DNA of 64,000 bases from Candidatus Micrarchaeota archaeon (GTDB lineage: Archaea > Micrarchaeota > Micrarchaeia > Anstonellales > Bilamarchaeaceae): assembly GCA_040758595.1 (NCBI GenBank), contig JBFLVJ010000004.1:3896-67895 (forward strand), given 5' to 3'. The position numbers and the translations under genes were made by a program. Under the pieces are notes generated by a model, which worked only from the letters and a program-made list of their open reading frames with translations, made no database searches and had not been told where the DNA came from. Of the stretch, positions 46,793-55,238 are shown piece after piece. Within the stretch, counting starts at the first letter, position 1. Every line of letters starts with the position of its first letter.

Positions 46793-48382
46793 CTATTCGC
46801 TCTCGCGGCCGTCTTCCAAAACCACGTTCACGACCCCCTTGGTCGCCTTCCTCATCCTCACCAGCGAGAACACCTTGATGAGGTTCTTCTCGTCTATCCC
46901 GAGCTGCCTCAGGAAGGATATGATGGATGGCTTGGAATAGCCGAACTTCTCCAGCACCGCCACCAGCTGCTCGCCGTCCAGCAGGCCGTCGCCCTTCTCG
47001 AACTCGGTCTTGATGAGGCCCAGCTGGCTCTCGTTGAGGCCTATCTCGTAGAGCATCCTTACGAACTGCTCCCTCTCAATCTCGACAATCATCTCTCCAC
47101 CCCGTATCTTGTATATGAGAAGCGGCTCTTCGCCGTCTATCTTCTCCATGAGGAATGTCATGACCCTGGACTGCCTCTCGGCGAATATCATGTTCACCGC
47201 GGCGTCTCCGACACCGAACTTGGATATCTCCCCGTCGATGAAATTGGAATAGCCGATGGAGTTCTTCACATAGTCCCTGAACTCCTTGAGTATCAGCCTG
47301 AGCACGAACACGCTGCCGATGTTGCTGAATATCGTCTTGTGCATGTCGGTCGGGTTCTGCGTGGCGATTATCAGCGAGAAGTTGTACTTGCGCCCTTCCC
47401 TGACTATCGTTATGACGTCGCTCCTCTCGTCCTGGGCTATCTTCCACGCCTCATCCAGCACCACGAACAGGCGTACGTTCTTGTTGTCCTTCTGCATGCC
47501 TTCTAGGCGCATGAGCTCTTTTATGTACTGCAGTATAGTCAGGCCCGCGAGGCTGCGCATCTCCTCGCTCGGCAGCTCATGGAGGTCGATGCAGACCAGG
47601 CCGCTGGTCGTCAGCTTCTTGATGTCCAGCGTGGATGTCCCGGCGAAGAAATCAGAGCCCTCAGCCGTGAACCTCTTGAGGAGCCTGGCGGCCTTCTTCT
47701 TGCCGGTCCTCTCGAGCATCCAGACGACATGGGTGAGCGTAGGTCTCTCGCAATCCTCTCTCTTGCAGATCTCGACCAGCGCCTCTTCCAGCTCCTCTTT
47801 CCCGAGCCTGGGCTTTCTGCGCCTCGTCTGCTCCTCCTTCATGGCGCTCGCCTGCTCCTTCATGCTGGGCTTCTGCTTTCCGCCCCGATAGTAGACGTAT
47901 TCGAGCGCTTCCTCTATGTCATCCCTCTCGTTCGGGTGGTCCTTGAGGCTGAGCAGGATGTCGAGGGCGGATATTATCTGCTTTATCCTGCTCCTTGTGG
48001 GGAGGCCGACCAGATCCAGTATGTTGAGGCGCTCCTTGGCGAGGTTTATCACCCTTCCGCCCGCCTGCTTGACCCATTCGTCGTATTCGCCCACCCAATC
48101 CAGGATGACCGCGTTGGTGTTCCAGATTAGGGACGCTCTTGTCAGGAATGTCTTGACGGTGTACGATTTGCCCGAACCGGTTATGCCGATGATGGCGATG
48201 TGCGGATTGATGAGCTTGGCCGGATTCCAGAACACCGGCGTGCGGAGGAACCTGGTCTTGCCTATGTATACGCCCTGCGTCGGAAGGGAGAGGAGAAGGT
48301 CCTTCCTCGGCTCTGGAGGGTGCACAAGGATCATCTTGCGCGCCACTTCCTTGGAGAGCATATAAGATGGTTTAAGGGTCAT
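46793..48382 (-). CDS. HerA/FtsK/VirB4-superfamily ATPase (DUF87-like)
   Basis: Walker A HIAIIGITGSGKS and Walker B …LFVVLDEAWK…, with arrangement typical of HerA-like/VirB4-like ATPases. 529 aa. Confidence 0.7.
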   Translation of the reverse strand: MTLKPSYMLSKEVARKMILVHPPEPRKDLLLSLPTQGVYIGKTRFLRTPVFWNPAKLINPHIAIIGITGSGKSYTVKTFLTRASLIWNTNAVILDWVGEYDEWVKQAGGRVINLAKERLNILDLVGLPTRSRIKQIISALDILLSLKDHPNERDDIEEALEYVYYRGGKQKPSMKEQASAMKEEQTRRRKPRLGKEELEEALVEICKREDCERPTLTHVVWMLERTGKKKAARLLKRFTAEGSDFFAGTSTLDIKKLTTSGLVCIDLHELPSEEMRSLAGLTILQYIKELMRLEGMQKDNKNVRLFVVLDEAWKIAQDERSDVITIVREGRKYNFSLIIATQNPTDMHKTIFSNIGSVFVLRLILKEFRDYVKNSIGYSNFIDGEISKFGVGDAAVNMIFAERQSRVMTFLMEKIDGEEPLLIYKIRGGEMIVEIEREQFVRMLYEIGLNESQLGLIKTEFEKGDGLLDGEQLVAVLEKFGYSKPSIISFLRQLGIDEKNLIKVFSLVRMRKATKGVVNVVLEDGRESE

Positions 48383-48430
48383 TTCCCTACCTCGACGGTT
48401 CTCTTATCTCTTAGGCGATATATAAATCTT

Positions 48431-49225
48431 TCAGAAGAGCGCATCCTTGATCTCTTCCTGCGTCGTGGGGAAGAAGTACTCCCACTCGAAGCATTTGAGC
48501 ATCTCAAGATCAGAGAGCTCGCGCACATCGCAGCCCAGGGAGCTCGAGAGTATGGTCTTGAGCTCCTTGGCCTGCCTCGTGACCCGGCTTAGCGCCTCAT
48601 CCCGGGTGAGGCCGAAGGCGGTCGTGGTCGCGAAGGCGACTATCTCCACCGGGCGCTCGCCCTGGGTTATGCGGTCCAACAGCCTATTCCAGTATGCCAG
48701 CTCGCGGTCCATGCGCATGCTCTCGTCCGCGGCCATCTTGGCTTCCTTGGCCTTCTTGGCTTCGACGGCGCCGCGCTTGCTCTTTATCTCCTCGATGTGT
48801 TTGGACAGGTCGAGCGTGCTTATCATGAGCGTTACCTTGACTATGTATTTGAGGGAGCTTATCGCTTTCTCGAAAGATTCGAACATGGTCTTCTTCTCGT
48901 CCGACCCTTTGTCCATGGAGCTCTCGTAGAATTTTATCTCCAGGAACTTGGAGGCGTAGTAGCCGCCCTCGCCCTTCTTCACTATGTGGTCCCTGCTGGA
49001 AGGGACCTCGTAGCCGCCGTCCCGCACCTCGATTATGTTCGCGGCCCTTGTGAAGAATGGGATGAGAAGGTAGCCGTATTTCCATAGCAGCAGCCCCAGC
49101 ATGAAGAAGAATCCTGCGATTATGGGGGTGAGCGGATTCCCTGAGACGAGCGATATAATGACTGCTACGAGGCCGCCCAGAAGAGAGACCACCGTCACCG
49201 CTCTATTGATGAACATATCACACAC
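48431..49225 (-). CDS. Membrane protein: two N-terminal TM helices plus ~200-aa cytoplasmic coiled-coil domain
   Basis: TM helices …VTVVSLLGGLVAVIISLV… and …IIAGFFFMLGLLLW…, then a Lys/Glu-rich coiled coil. No recognisable family. Confidence 0.5.
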   Translation of the reverse strand: MCDMFINRAVTVVSLLGGLVAVIISLVSGNPLTPIIAGFFFMLGLLLWKYGYLLIPFFTRAANIIEVRDGGYEVPSSRDHIVKKGEGGYYASKFLEIKFYESSMDKGSDEKKTMFESFEKAISSLKYIVKVTLMISTLDLSKHIEEIKSKRGAVEAKKAKEAKMAADESMRMDRELAYWNRLLDRITQGERPVEIVAFATTTAFGLTRDEALSRVTRQAKELKTILSSSLGCDVRELSDLEMLKCFEWEYFFPTTQEEIKDALF

Positions 49226-49252
49226 CTACCATTTCCGTTTTATAAATGCTTG

Positions 49253-50320
49253 TCATATCGAGGCGAACGTCTTGAGCCCTATCTCGCTCCCGAGTATGTT
49301 GCCAAGCTCCTTCACGAAGACCACGGTCACCAGGAGAGAGAAGAGGGGCGCTATCACCGAGTACAGGGCGGTCCGAGAGAGCGCATCGCTGTTACCTTGG
49401 AGTACCAGGGTGACATCGCCAGTGAAGTCGAGGCTCTGATTCTGCGTCACATTGGTGTAGAGCTCCTGTTCCTGGAGGAAGTCGTCGCACAGCGTATCGG
49501 TCGCGCTGACGTTCGTCACGTTGGTTATGAGTTCGTAATCGTCGGGATCGCACCTAGCGCTAAGGAGGTCCAGTTTGCCCGCGATCGCGTAGTTGCCGTT
49601 CAGGTCGATCACCGGGATGGTGGCATAGAACCGGTTCGAGGTCAAGTTGCCCATCCCGGATGTCGCATCCAGCACCTCCTCCTGCGGGCTCGGGAATATG
49701 AGGATGAATGTCGGGTAGAACAGGTAGAGCCCGAGCGAGAGCGCGATCAGGAAACCGCCGACCTTCCTTGTGGCGAACAACGTCCTCAGCACCAACCCCA
49801 CCGGGAATAACAAGCCCAAAGCGCTCTGCCCTATGAATGCCGCTATCTGCGTGTTGAGCTGGACGAGCGTCATCAGGAGGTTGGTCGAGAGGAGCTGCCA
49901 TCCAAGCGCATCCGATACGGCGGACAGGTTCTTGAAAGGCGAGATCGCGAATGAGCCGAAATCCAGGCTCAGCCCCTGGTAGTATCCCACAAGAGCCAGC
50001 GTGCCGACTATACCCTGGAGCATGAGGAACAAGGAATCGTTGAGGCCGCCTAGCATGCAGCTCAATTGGACCATCACATCTCCCTGGGCGCAGCTTTCGG
50101 TCACGACCGATGAGCTGACCATGGCGACCAGCTCGATGACCGCAGCGAAGGAGCCGATTATGGCCGCGTTTATCACCGACTGGATGAGCTCTTCAAGGCC
50201 GAAATGCTCCAGCCTCTTGATGCCAAAAGCCCTTCCCAGCCCGACCATGAGTCCCGCGAGAACGATGGATGCGGTCACGACCACTACCGCGATCTCTACC
50301 CCTATGAATCCGTCCGCCAT
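49253..50320 (-). CDS. Polytopic membrane protein (~7 TM) with ~100-aa extracellular loop bearing N-glycosylation sequons
   Basis: Hydrophobic helices throughout. The loop carries NLTS, NVTNVS and NVTQNQS sequons. First gene of the minus-strand operon. Confidence 0.55.
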   Translation of the reverse strand: MADGFIGVEIAVVVVTASIVLAGLMVGLGRAFGIKRLEHFGLEELIQSVINAAIIGSFAAVIELVAMVSSSVVTESCAQGDVMVQLSCMLGGLNDSLFLMLQGIVGTLALVGYYQGLSLDFGSFAISPFKNLSAVSDALGWQLLSTNLLMTLVQLNTQIAAFIGQSALGLLFPVGLVLRTLFATRKVGGFLIALSLGLYLFYPTFILIFPSPQEEVLDATSGMGNLTSNRFYATIPVIDLNGNYAIAGKLDLLSARCDPDDYELITNVTNVSATDTLCDDFLQEQELYTNVTQNQSLDFTGDVTLVLQGNSDALSRTALYSVIAPLFSLLVTVVFVKELGNILGSEIGLKTFASI

Positions 50321-50418
50321 CGGACATGGATGATTGCCCTAATATTAAATAGCTTTCCGTCCCTTGCTCAGGGGCGGAGGCAGAACAGCGCGTCTTAGTT
50401 GACATGGGCCCGGGAAAC

Positions 50419-50438
50419 CCAACGTCTTCAGACGTTGG
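50419..50438 (+). repeat. Perfect hairpin CCAACGTCT-TC-AGACGTTGG, candidate IS200/IS605 left-end subterminal hairpin
   Basis: 9-bp perfect inverted repeat ~75 nt upstream of the tnpB fragment start. IS200/IS605 elements carry subterminal hairpins at their ends. Confidence 0.35.
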
Positions 50439-50513
50439 ATGAAAGGGCCACCATTTCCGCGGAAATGTGCTGCGTCAGTTTTTCTTTATAGATAAACCAA
50501 GGAATTTCTATTC

Positions 50514-51101
50514 ATGGGGATGAATAGGGCATGGCGCTACAGATTATATCCTTCCAAAGCCCAGGAACAGGACTTGAACAGTTACCTATATGGATGCAAA
50601 AACCTCTGGAATTCTCTTCTTGAGTTTACAAAAGAGCACTATCAGAAGACCGGAAAATTCCCTAAAAGAAGCCAGTTGCATCTCCTCACAAAGAATGTGG
50701 GGCTTTATTCCCAAGTCGCCCAGAATGTTGCTGACAGGCTTGCTAAATCGCTGAAAGGAATCCCTGCAAGAAAAAGAGCAGGGAAGAAAGCAGGATTCCC
50801 TAGATTCAAATCCATAGAGAGGGTGAAATCATTCACTTATCCTCAGTTTGGCTTCAAACTAGAAGAGAAACTGGAACTCTCTGGCATAGGAGCTATCGCA
50901 ATCAAAAAGCACAGAGATATCCAGGGCACAATCAAGACCTTGACAATCAAGCGATCGCCTTCAGGAAAATGGCATGCAATTTTCACTACTGAAACAAAAG
51001 GGATGGTTCCTCACAAGAAAACCGGAAAGAAGATTGCAGCTTCCCATGCTCTAGTCCCCGAACGGATCATTTCCCGGCCGGCAGGCGAGGATCTCTTTTA
51101 G
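50514..51101 (+). pseudogene. tnpB: IS200/IS605-family TnpB (OrfB) N-terminal fragment, 3'-truncated
   Basis: MNRAWRYRLYPSKAQEQDLNSYLYGCKNLWN… is the conserved TnpB N-terminus. The ORF ends after 195 aa, so RuvC-II/III and the zinc finger are absent. GC is lower than the surroundings. The 3' end overlaps the convergent CDS 51051-52928. Confidence 0.65.
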
Positions 51102-52928
51102 CGATAGCATGACTGAAGAGTGGTCCCTCCTCCGCGGATCCTTCAGTCCGACCCTGATGTTCTCCTCTATCGGCACTCCCTCCTGGCAAGCGTAGAACAG
51201 GGCATCGTTGGCGTTCTCCTTGACTTGTGGCTCAGTATCACGAAGAGCGCTGATAAGGGCCTGGACGGCTTCTTGGGGAATGCTATCCCCCCGGTAGGCT
51301 ACCTCGAGGAAGAGCTTGCTTGTCCGTATCCGGACCTCTGCATCCGCATCCGAGAGTTTCTCCACGAAATACTGCACGTCTCTTGTTATGCCATTTGCGA
51401 TGACGCTGCGGCAGAGCTCATCGAACATGGTCATGTCGGTATCCGTCTTTGCATCAGCGGGCGGTGCCATGGGATGCATCGGCCCTCCCATCACGTCCTC
51501 TAATCCATGCGGTTCGGGCGCTGCTTCGGGCTCAGGCACGCTCCCGAAAGCCTTCTCGAAGGCTTTATCGAATTCGTTGCTCCCGTTCTGGGGCCGGGCA
51601 GACGCTGTAAGCGAACTCGGCTTCGGAAGGTTTACCTCTCCCTTGGCTACCCTGCTCTTTATTATGAAAAGACCCGCAGCGTTGAGCCGCATCTCCACAT
51701 GGGTACCGGCCACCACGAAGCTCTTGCTGCATCTCCCTTTGAGTATGAATCTCCTCTGGTATGGCATCTCCTTGGAATAGGCATCCGGATTGAAATCGTC
51801 CGCACGATAGAGCTCTAGGCTGACGCTGTCGCCGCCCTTGCCGAAACCTGAACCTACCGGTCCCAGGCGGAACCCGTGGCCTACATCCATCGTAAGTATG
51901 TCCACCTTCCGATTCAGATAAACGTTTTCCAGTTCGGGGCCTGCCTTGCGCCTGCCACTGAAATCCGGCAATATCGTGTTCGGCCTCAGATGCCTTATCT
52001 CGGCCAATATGCGTTCCCTGCCGCCATTGATGGTGATCCGGTACCCATTATCGGTGACCAGCACCGCCTCTTTCGTCCCGGCGGAATCGACCATGATTCT
52101 CTCATAAGTACCTGATACGCCGTGGGTCACCTTCAGGTGGATCCGACCCTCTTCCCGGGCCAGCAATTCAACCGAACAGTCCGGTGTCACATCCGAGCTT
52201 CCCCCAGCGTCCGCTTTGCCGAAAAGCGCCACTACCGTCCCGTCCCGGGGCAAAAGGGGATCGGTTATCTCAGGCATCTCCCAGCCAGCATCCTCGATGT
52301 ACTCCTCCGGGTCTACGGCATCAAATATGCTAGGTCCGTCATCGCCTTTGCCTGCAGATGCGGTTCTCTCTAACTCCGCGGCCATCGCATCTATTATCCT
52401 CCTGTCCTTGGCCGCCTTTAGCGCTTCTGCTTCCGCTTCGGCCTTCTCAGCCTTCCTTTCCTCGGCGATTCTCTTCAAATCAGCAAGCGATGTTAGCACT
52501 GATGGGGCTGGCCCGTCCCTTTCAGGCTCTTCTTCCGCCTGGGCTTGTGCTGCGGCTTCGGGCCTGGCGTCTTCCCTAATCCCCACCAGGTTGCCGACAT
52601 CAAGCTCCTGGGTGATCTCTTTCGGACCATGCGCTGCAGGGGCCATCTGCGCTCCTGCTAGCGAATCGAGCACCAGATCGTCACCCCCGAGGGCCATCGG
52701 AGCGGCAGCGGCCGGCGCGGTAGCGTTCACTCTCGAAGCGGCCCCGTCCCTGACCTCGATAAGGTCCCTTATATCGAGCTCCTGGGTCGGGCTCCCGGTA
52801 TCTATCTCCCCTCGGATTATCCTTGTCATATGGGGCTCATCGCTCGGCTTGGACCATCGGAGCCTGCCGATATCTGTGGCGAGAATCCCGAACCTGGTCG
52901 CTAAGGAACGATTCATCCTCTTCTCCAT
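51051..52928 (-). CDS. Hypothetical protein with duplicated N-terminal motif and C-terminal HEAT-like repeats
   Basis: Duplicated segment (TQELDIRDLIEVRDGAA / TQELDVGNLVGIREDARPEAAA). Ala/Glu-rich coiled coil. C-terminal …AEVRIRTSKLFLEV…PQVKENANDALFYA… HEAT/PBS-lyase-like repeats. Confidence 0.5.
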   Translation of the reverse strand: MEKRMNRSLATRFGILATDIGRLRWSKPSDEPHMTRIIRGEIDTGSPTQELDIRDLIEVRDGAASRVNATAPAAAAPMALGGDDLVLDSLAGAQMAPAAHGPKEITQELDVGNLVGIREDARPEAAAQAQAEEEPERDGPAPSVLTSLADLKRIAEERKAEKAEAEAEALKAAKDRRIIDAMAAELERTASAGKGDDGPSIFDAVDPEEYIEDAGWEMPEITDPLLPRDGTVVALFGKADAGGSSDVTPDCSVELLAREEGRIHLKVTHGVSGTYERIMVDSAGTKEAVLVTDNGYRITINGGRERILAEIRHLRPNTILPDFSGRRKAGPELENVYLNRKVDILTMDVGHGFRLGPVGSGFGKGGDSVSLELYRADDFNPDAYSKEMPYQRRFILKGRCSKSFVVAGTHVEMRLNAAGLFIIKSRVAKGEVNLPKPSSLTASARPQNGSNEFDKAFEKAFGSVPEPEAAPEPHGLEDVMGGPMHPMAPPADAKTDTDMTMFDELCRSVIANGITRDVQYFVEKLSDADAEVRIRTSKLFLEVAYRGDSIPQEAVQALISALRDTEPQVKENANDALFYACQEGVPIEENIRVGLKDPRRRDHSSVMLSLKEILACRPGNDPFGD

Positions 52929-53128
52929 GCTTTTCTAATATCAAAAACACTTTATAAATGTTTTTATTTGTGGTTTTTTGTAAGCAAAGAACCCTTTCAC
53001 TATCATTTAAATTAGTTTTCCAACCAAGCTTTTCCTGCTTAGTATGGCAGACCGCAGGGGTTGGGCAAAGTCTCCTGGGGTCTCCAGACTTCAGTTTCCG
53101 GTTCCGTCCGAAACACGAGACAGGACCG

Positions 53129-53232
53129 GGCGAAACGACAAACGTTTCGCTGGTGTCGCGGACCATGGGTCCGCGAGCATGCTCGTGGTCGGATTGCCGA
53201 CCACGACATCCAGAGAACGCGACAGCGTTCTC
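53129..53232 (+). other. Array of five consecutive perfect hairpins (7-9 bp stems, 3-5 nt loops) immediately 5' of tRNA-Gly
   Basis: GCGAAACG-acaaa-CGTTTCGC; TCGCGGACC-atg-GGTCCGCGA; CGAGCATGCTCG (palindrome); GTGGTCGG-attg-CCGACCAC; GAGAACGC-gaca-GCGTTCTC. All read directly from the sequence. Confidence 0.5.
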
Positions 53233-53256
53233 TCGGAAACCGAAAACTCCACTTCG

Positions 53257-53381
53257 CGACCGTAGTCTATCGGTATGATTCGAGATTGCCATTCCGCCTT
53301 TTAGGAAAAGGCGGCCCAAAACGGGCTGGAAAGGCGGCAGCAATGATCTCGCGGACCGGGTTCAATTCCCGGCGGTCGCAT
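53257..53381 (+). tRNA. tRNA-Gly(GCC), intron-containing (~52-nt intron in anticodon loop)
   Basis: Manual fold: acceptor GCGACCG/CGGTCGC (G1-C72, C2-G71, G3-C70), discriminator A73, U8, A14, G18G19, anticodon stem CGAGA/TCTCG, loop TTGCCA (U33, GCC, A37), T-arm CCGGG-TTCAATT-CCCGG. The intron carries a strong internal hairpin CCGCCTTTT/AAAAGGCGG. No encoded CCA. Confidence 0.7.
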
Positions 53382-53551
53382 CTATCACTGCCCTTCTAAT
53401 GCTATTACTGTCTCCTAAGATGGTTTCCCGTTCCCGGTCTCCGGTTTTGGACAAAACACGAAACCCTAAACCCTGAACCGGAAACGCGGTTTCGTCAATC
53501 GCCCTATGACGGTTCAGATAGCTTTTAAACGTATCTGACCACAGAGGTTTC

Positions 53552-54346
53552 ATGTCTTATCTGGCAGACGAATTGATAAGCAGCCTCGACATAGTGGAAG
53601 TCAAGAATCTCCTCTCCCACGAGCAGGTCATCTCCACAAACCTCAAAAGGCTGAAAGAGGCGATGCTGAACCTGGGCCAGCTGGTCGATCCGCTCATAGT
53701 GGACAAGAAGACCGGCCTGGTCCTCGACGGCAACCACCGCCTCAAGGTTTTGGAGATTATAGAGTGCCCCCTCGCCACCTGCCAGATGGTCGATTACGAC
53801 AAGGAGGAGATAAAGGTCGGCACCTGGTATCCTGCCGTGAAGCTGACCCCGGACCAGATATTCAAGCTCGACAGTCTCAAATACGAGAAGGTGGATTTCG
53901 AGACCGGCAAGAAGGCCGTGGACGACCTCAAGGCCCCGTTCATGCTCAACTCGGACGGAGATTCCTACCTCATCAACCCCGGCAGCTACAAGCTGATGGA
54001 GATGGTGGAGGAGCAGAACTACGTCTTCTCCCTTTTGGAGAAAGGCTCTGTAGATTATGTGCCTGAGGAGGAGATGAAGAAGCTCCTCGCATCCGGCAAT
54101 TCCATATTCTACAGGCGCGCCTATGCCAAGGAGGAGATCGTGAAGGCGGCCCAGAGCCACAGCCCGTTCCCGCCCAAATCCACAAGGCACAGCATACCCG
54201 GCCGGATAATCCGACTGAACATGAGGCTCGGATGGCTGCACCGGACCAAGGATGAGGCGAGCACCGAACTGAAGCGCATGCTCAAATCCCGCGCCTACGG
54301 CGGCAATGTGCGCAAATACTACGAACCCGTGATAGTCATTTACTAA
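53552..54346 (+). CDS. ParB-like nuclease domain (ParB/Srx fold) protein
   Basis: …LGQLVDPLIVDKKTGLVLDGNHRLKVL… matches the ParB-N/sulfiredoxin-fold motif. Confidence 0.55.
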   Translation: MSYLADELISSLDIVEVKNLLSHEQVISTNLKRLKEAMLNLGQLVDPLIVDKKTGLVLDGNHRLKVLEIIECPLATCQMVDYDKEEIKVGTWYPAVKLTPDQIFKLDSLKYEKVDFETGKKAVDDLKAPFMLNSDGDSYLINPGSYKLMEMVEEQNYVFSLLEKGSVDYVPEEEMKKLLASGNSIFYRRAYAKEEIVKAAQSHSPFPPKSTRHSIPGRIIRLNMRLGWLHRTKDEASTELKRMLKSRAYGGNVRKYYEPVIVIY

Positions 54347-54398
54347 ACACGCATGCTGCGCATGCATGGGCAACCTGGAGTTTCCCCGGCAGGTTTCG

Positions 54399-54794
54399 CT
54401 ACTGCGAAAAAGGATCGAAGAGCAGGTTGTTCATGTAGGCCTCCCTGCCCACCGGCTTCTGCCTCGTGAGCGCGTCGTCTATGACCGGTTTGTTGAATCC
54501 CACTATTATCCTGCCGTTTATCTCAAGCACCGGGACGCCCATCTGCTGGCTCTTCCGCACCATCTCGCGGGCCTTCTCCTGGTCCTTCGATACGTCTATC
54601 TCCTTGAACGCGACGCCCTTTGATTGCAGGTATGCTTTGGCCATATTGCAATAGGTGCATGTGGGCGTGGTGTAGATGGTAACATCCGGGGCCGGAGGTG
54701 CGCTGCCGGTCTTCAGCCGCTCCCTCTTCTTCGCCCTTATCTGCTCGAGCTCTTTGTCATCTTCCATGGGTGACACCCTGCCGATATCTTGCAC
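54399..54794 (-). CDS. Glutaredoxin-like protein (NrdH/thioredoxin-fold, CxxC)
   Basis: …VTIYTTPTCTYCNMAKAYL… CxxC active site and GVPVLEING motif. A possible alternative start lies at 54767. Confidence 0.65.
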   Translation of the reverse strand: MQDIGRVSPMEDDKELEQIRAKKRERLKTGSAPPAPDVTIYTTPTCTYCNMAKAYLQSKGVAFKEIDVSKDQEKAREMVRKSQQMGVPVLEINGRIIVGFNKPVIDDALTRQKPVGREAYMNNLLFDPFSQ

Positions 54795-55238
54795 AGTCGT
54801 TTTTTAAAACGCGAAAGGATGATGGTCCGGGGCGAGGCCGGCTCCTGATGATTCACAATTCGATGATTACTACGCCGCGCTGGGGCTCTTCGGCAGGCGC
54901 CGGAGGAAGCGGCTCTTTCGGGTCGATCTCAGGCATCTCCAAGATGTCTATCCTTTGCCTCTCGATGTCATTGCGTTCCCTGTCTGTCTTCTCTTTGCGT
55001 TCCTTGTCATCCCTGATGATTTCCATGATAGGGACCTCCAGGATAGGGATCTCCAAGACCGGACTGAGCGACCGTTTGCGCTCTGCCCTCCTGCTATCAT
55101 GTGCATCGCGCGGTCTGTCCTGCCTGAAACGCAACATCATTATTATACCTTGTTTCACACTATTTATAAACCGTTGTATCAAGAAGCGGAAATAGTAGAA
55201 CGGGTTTTTATTAGCGTCCCTGCCATATCCAGGAAGAC

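Noticed and set aside
46000-53600. Integrated provirus or integrative element bounded by tRNA genes
   Set aside because: No integrase, capsid, terminase or replication-initiator genes were recognised. Only an IS605 TnpB fragment, the HerA-like operon and the tRNA-associated repeats were found. The region is reported as an accessory zone, not a defined mobile element.
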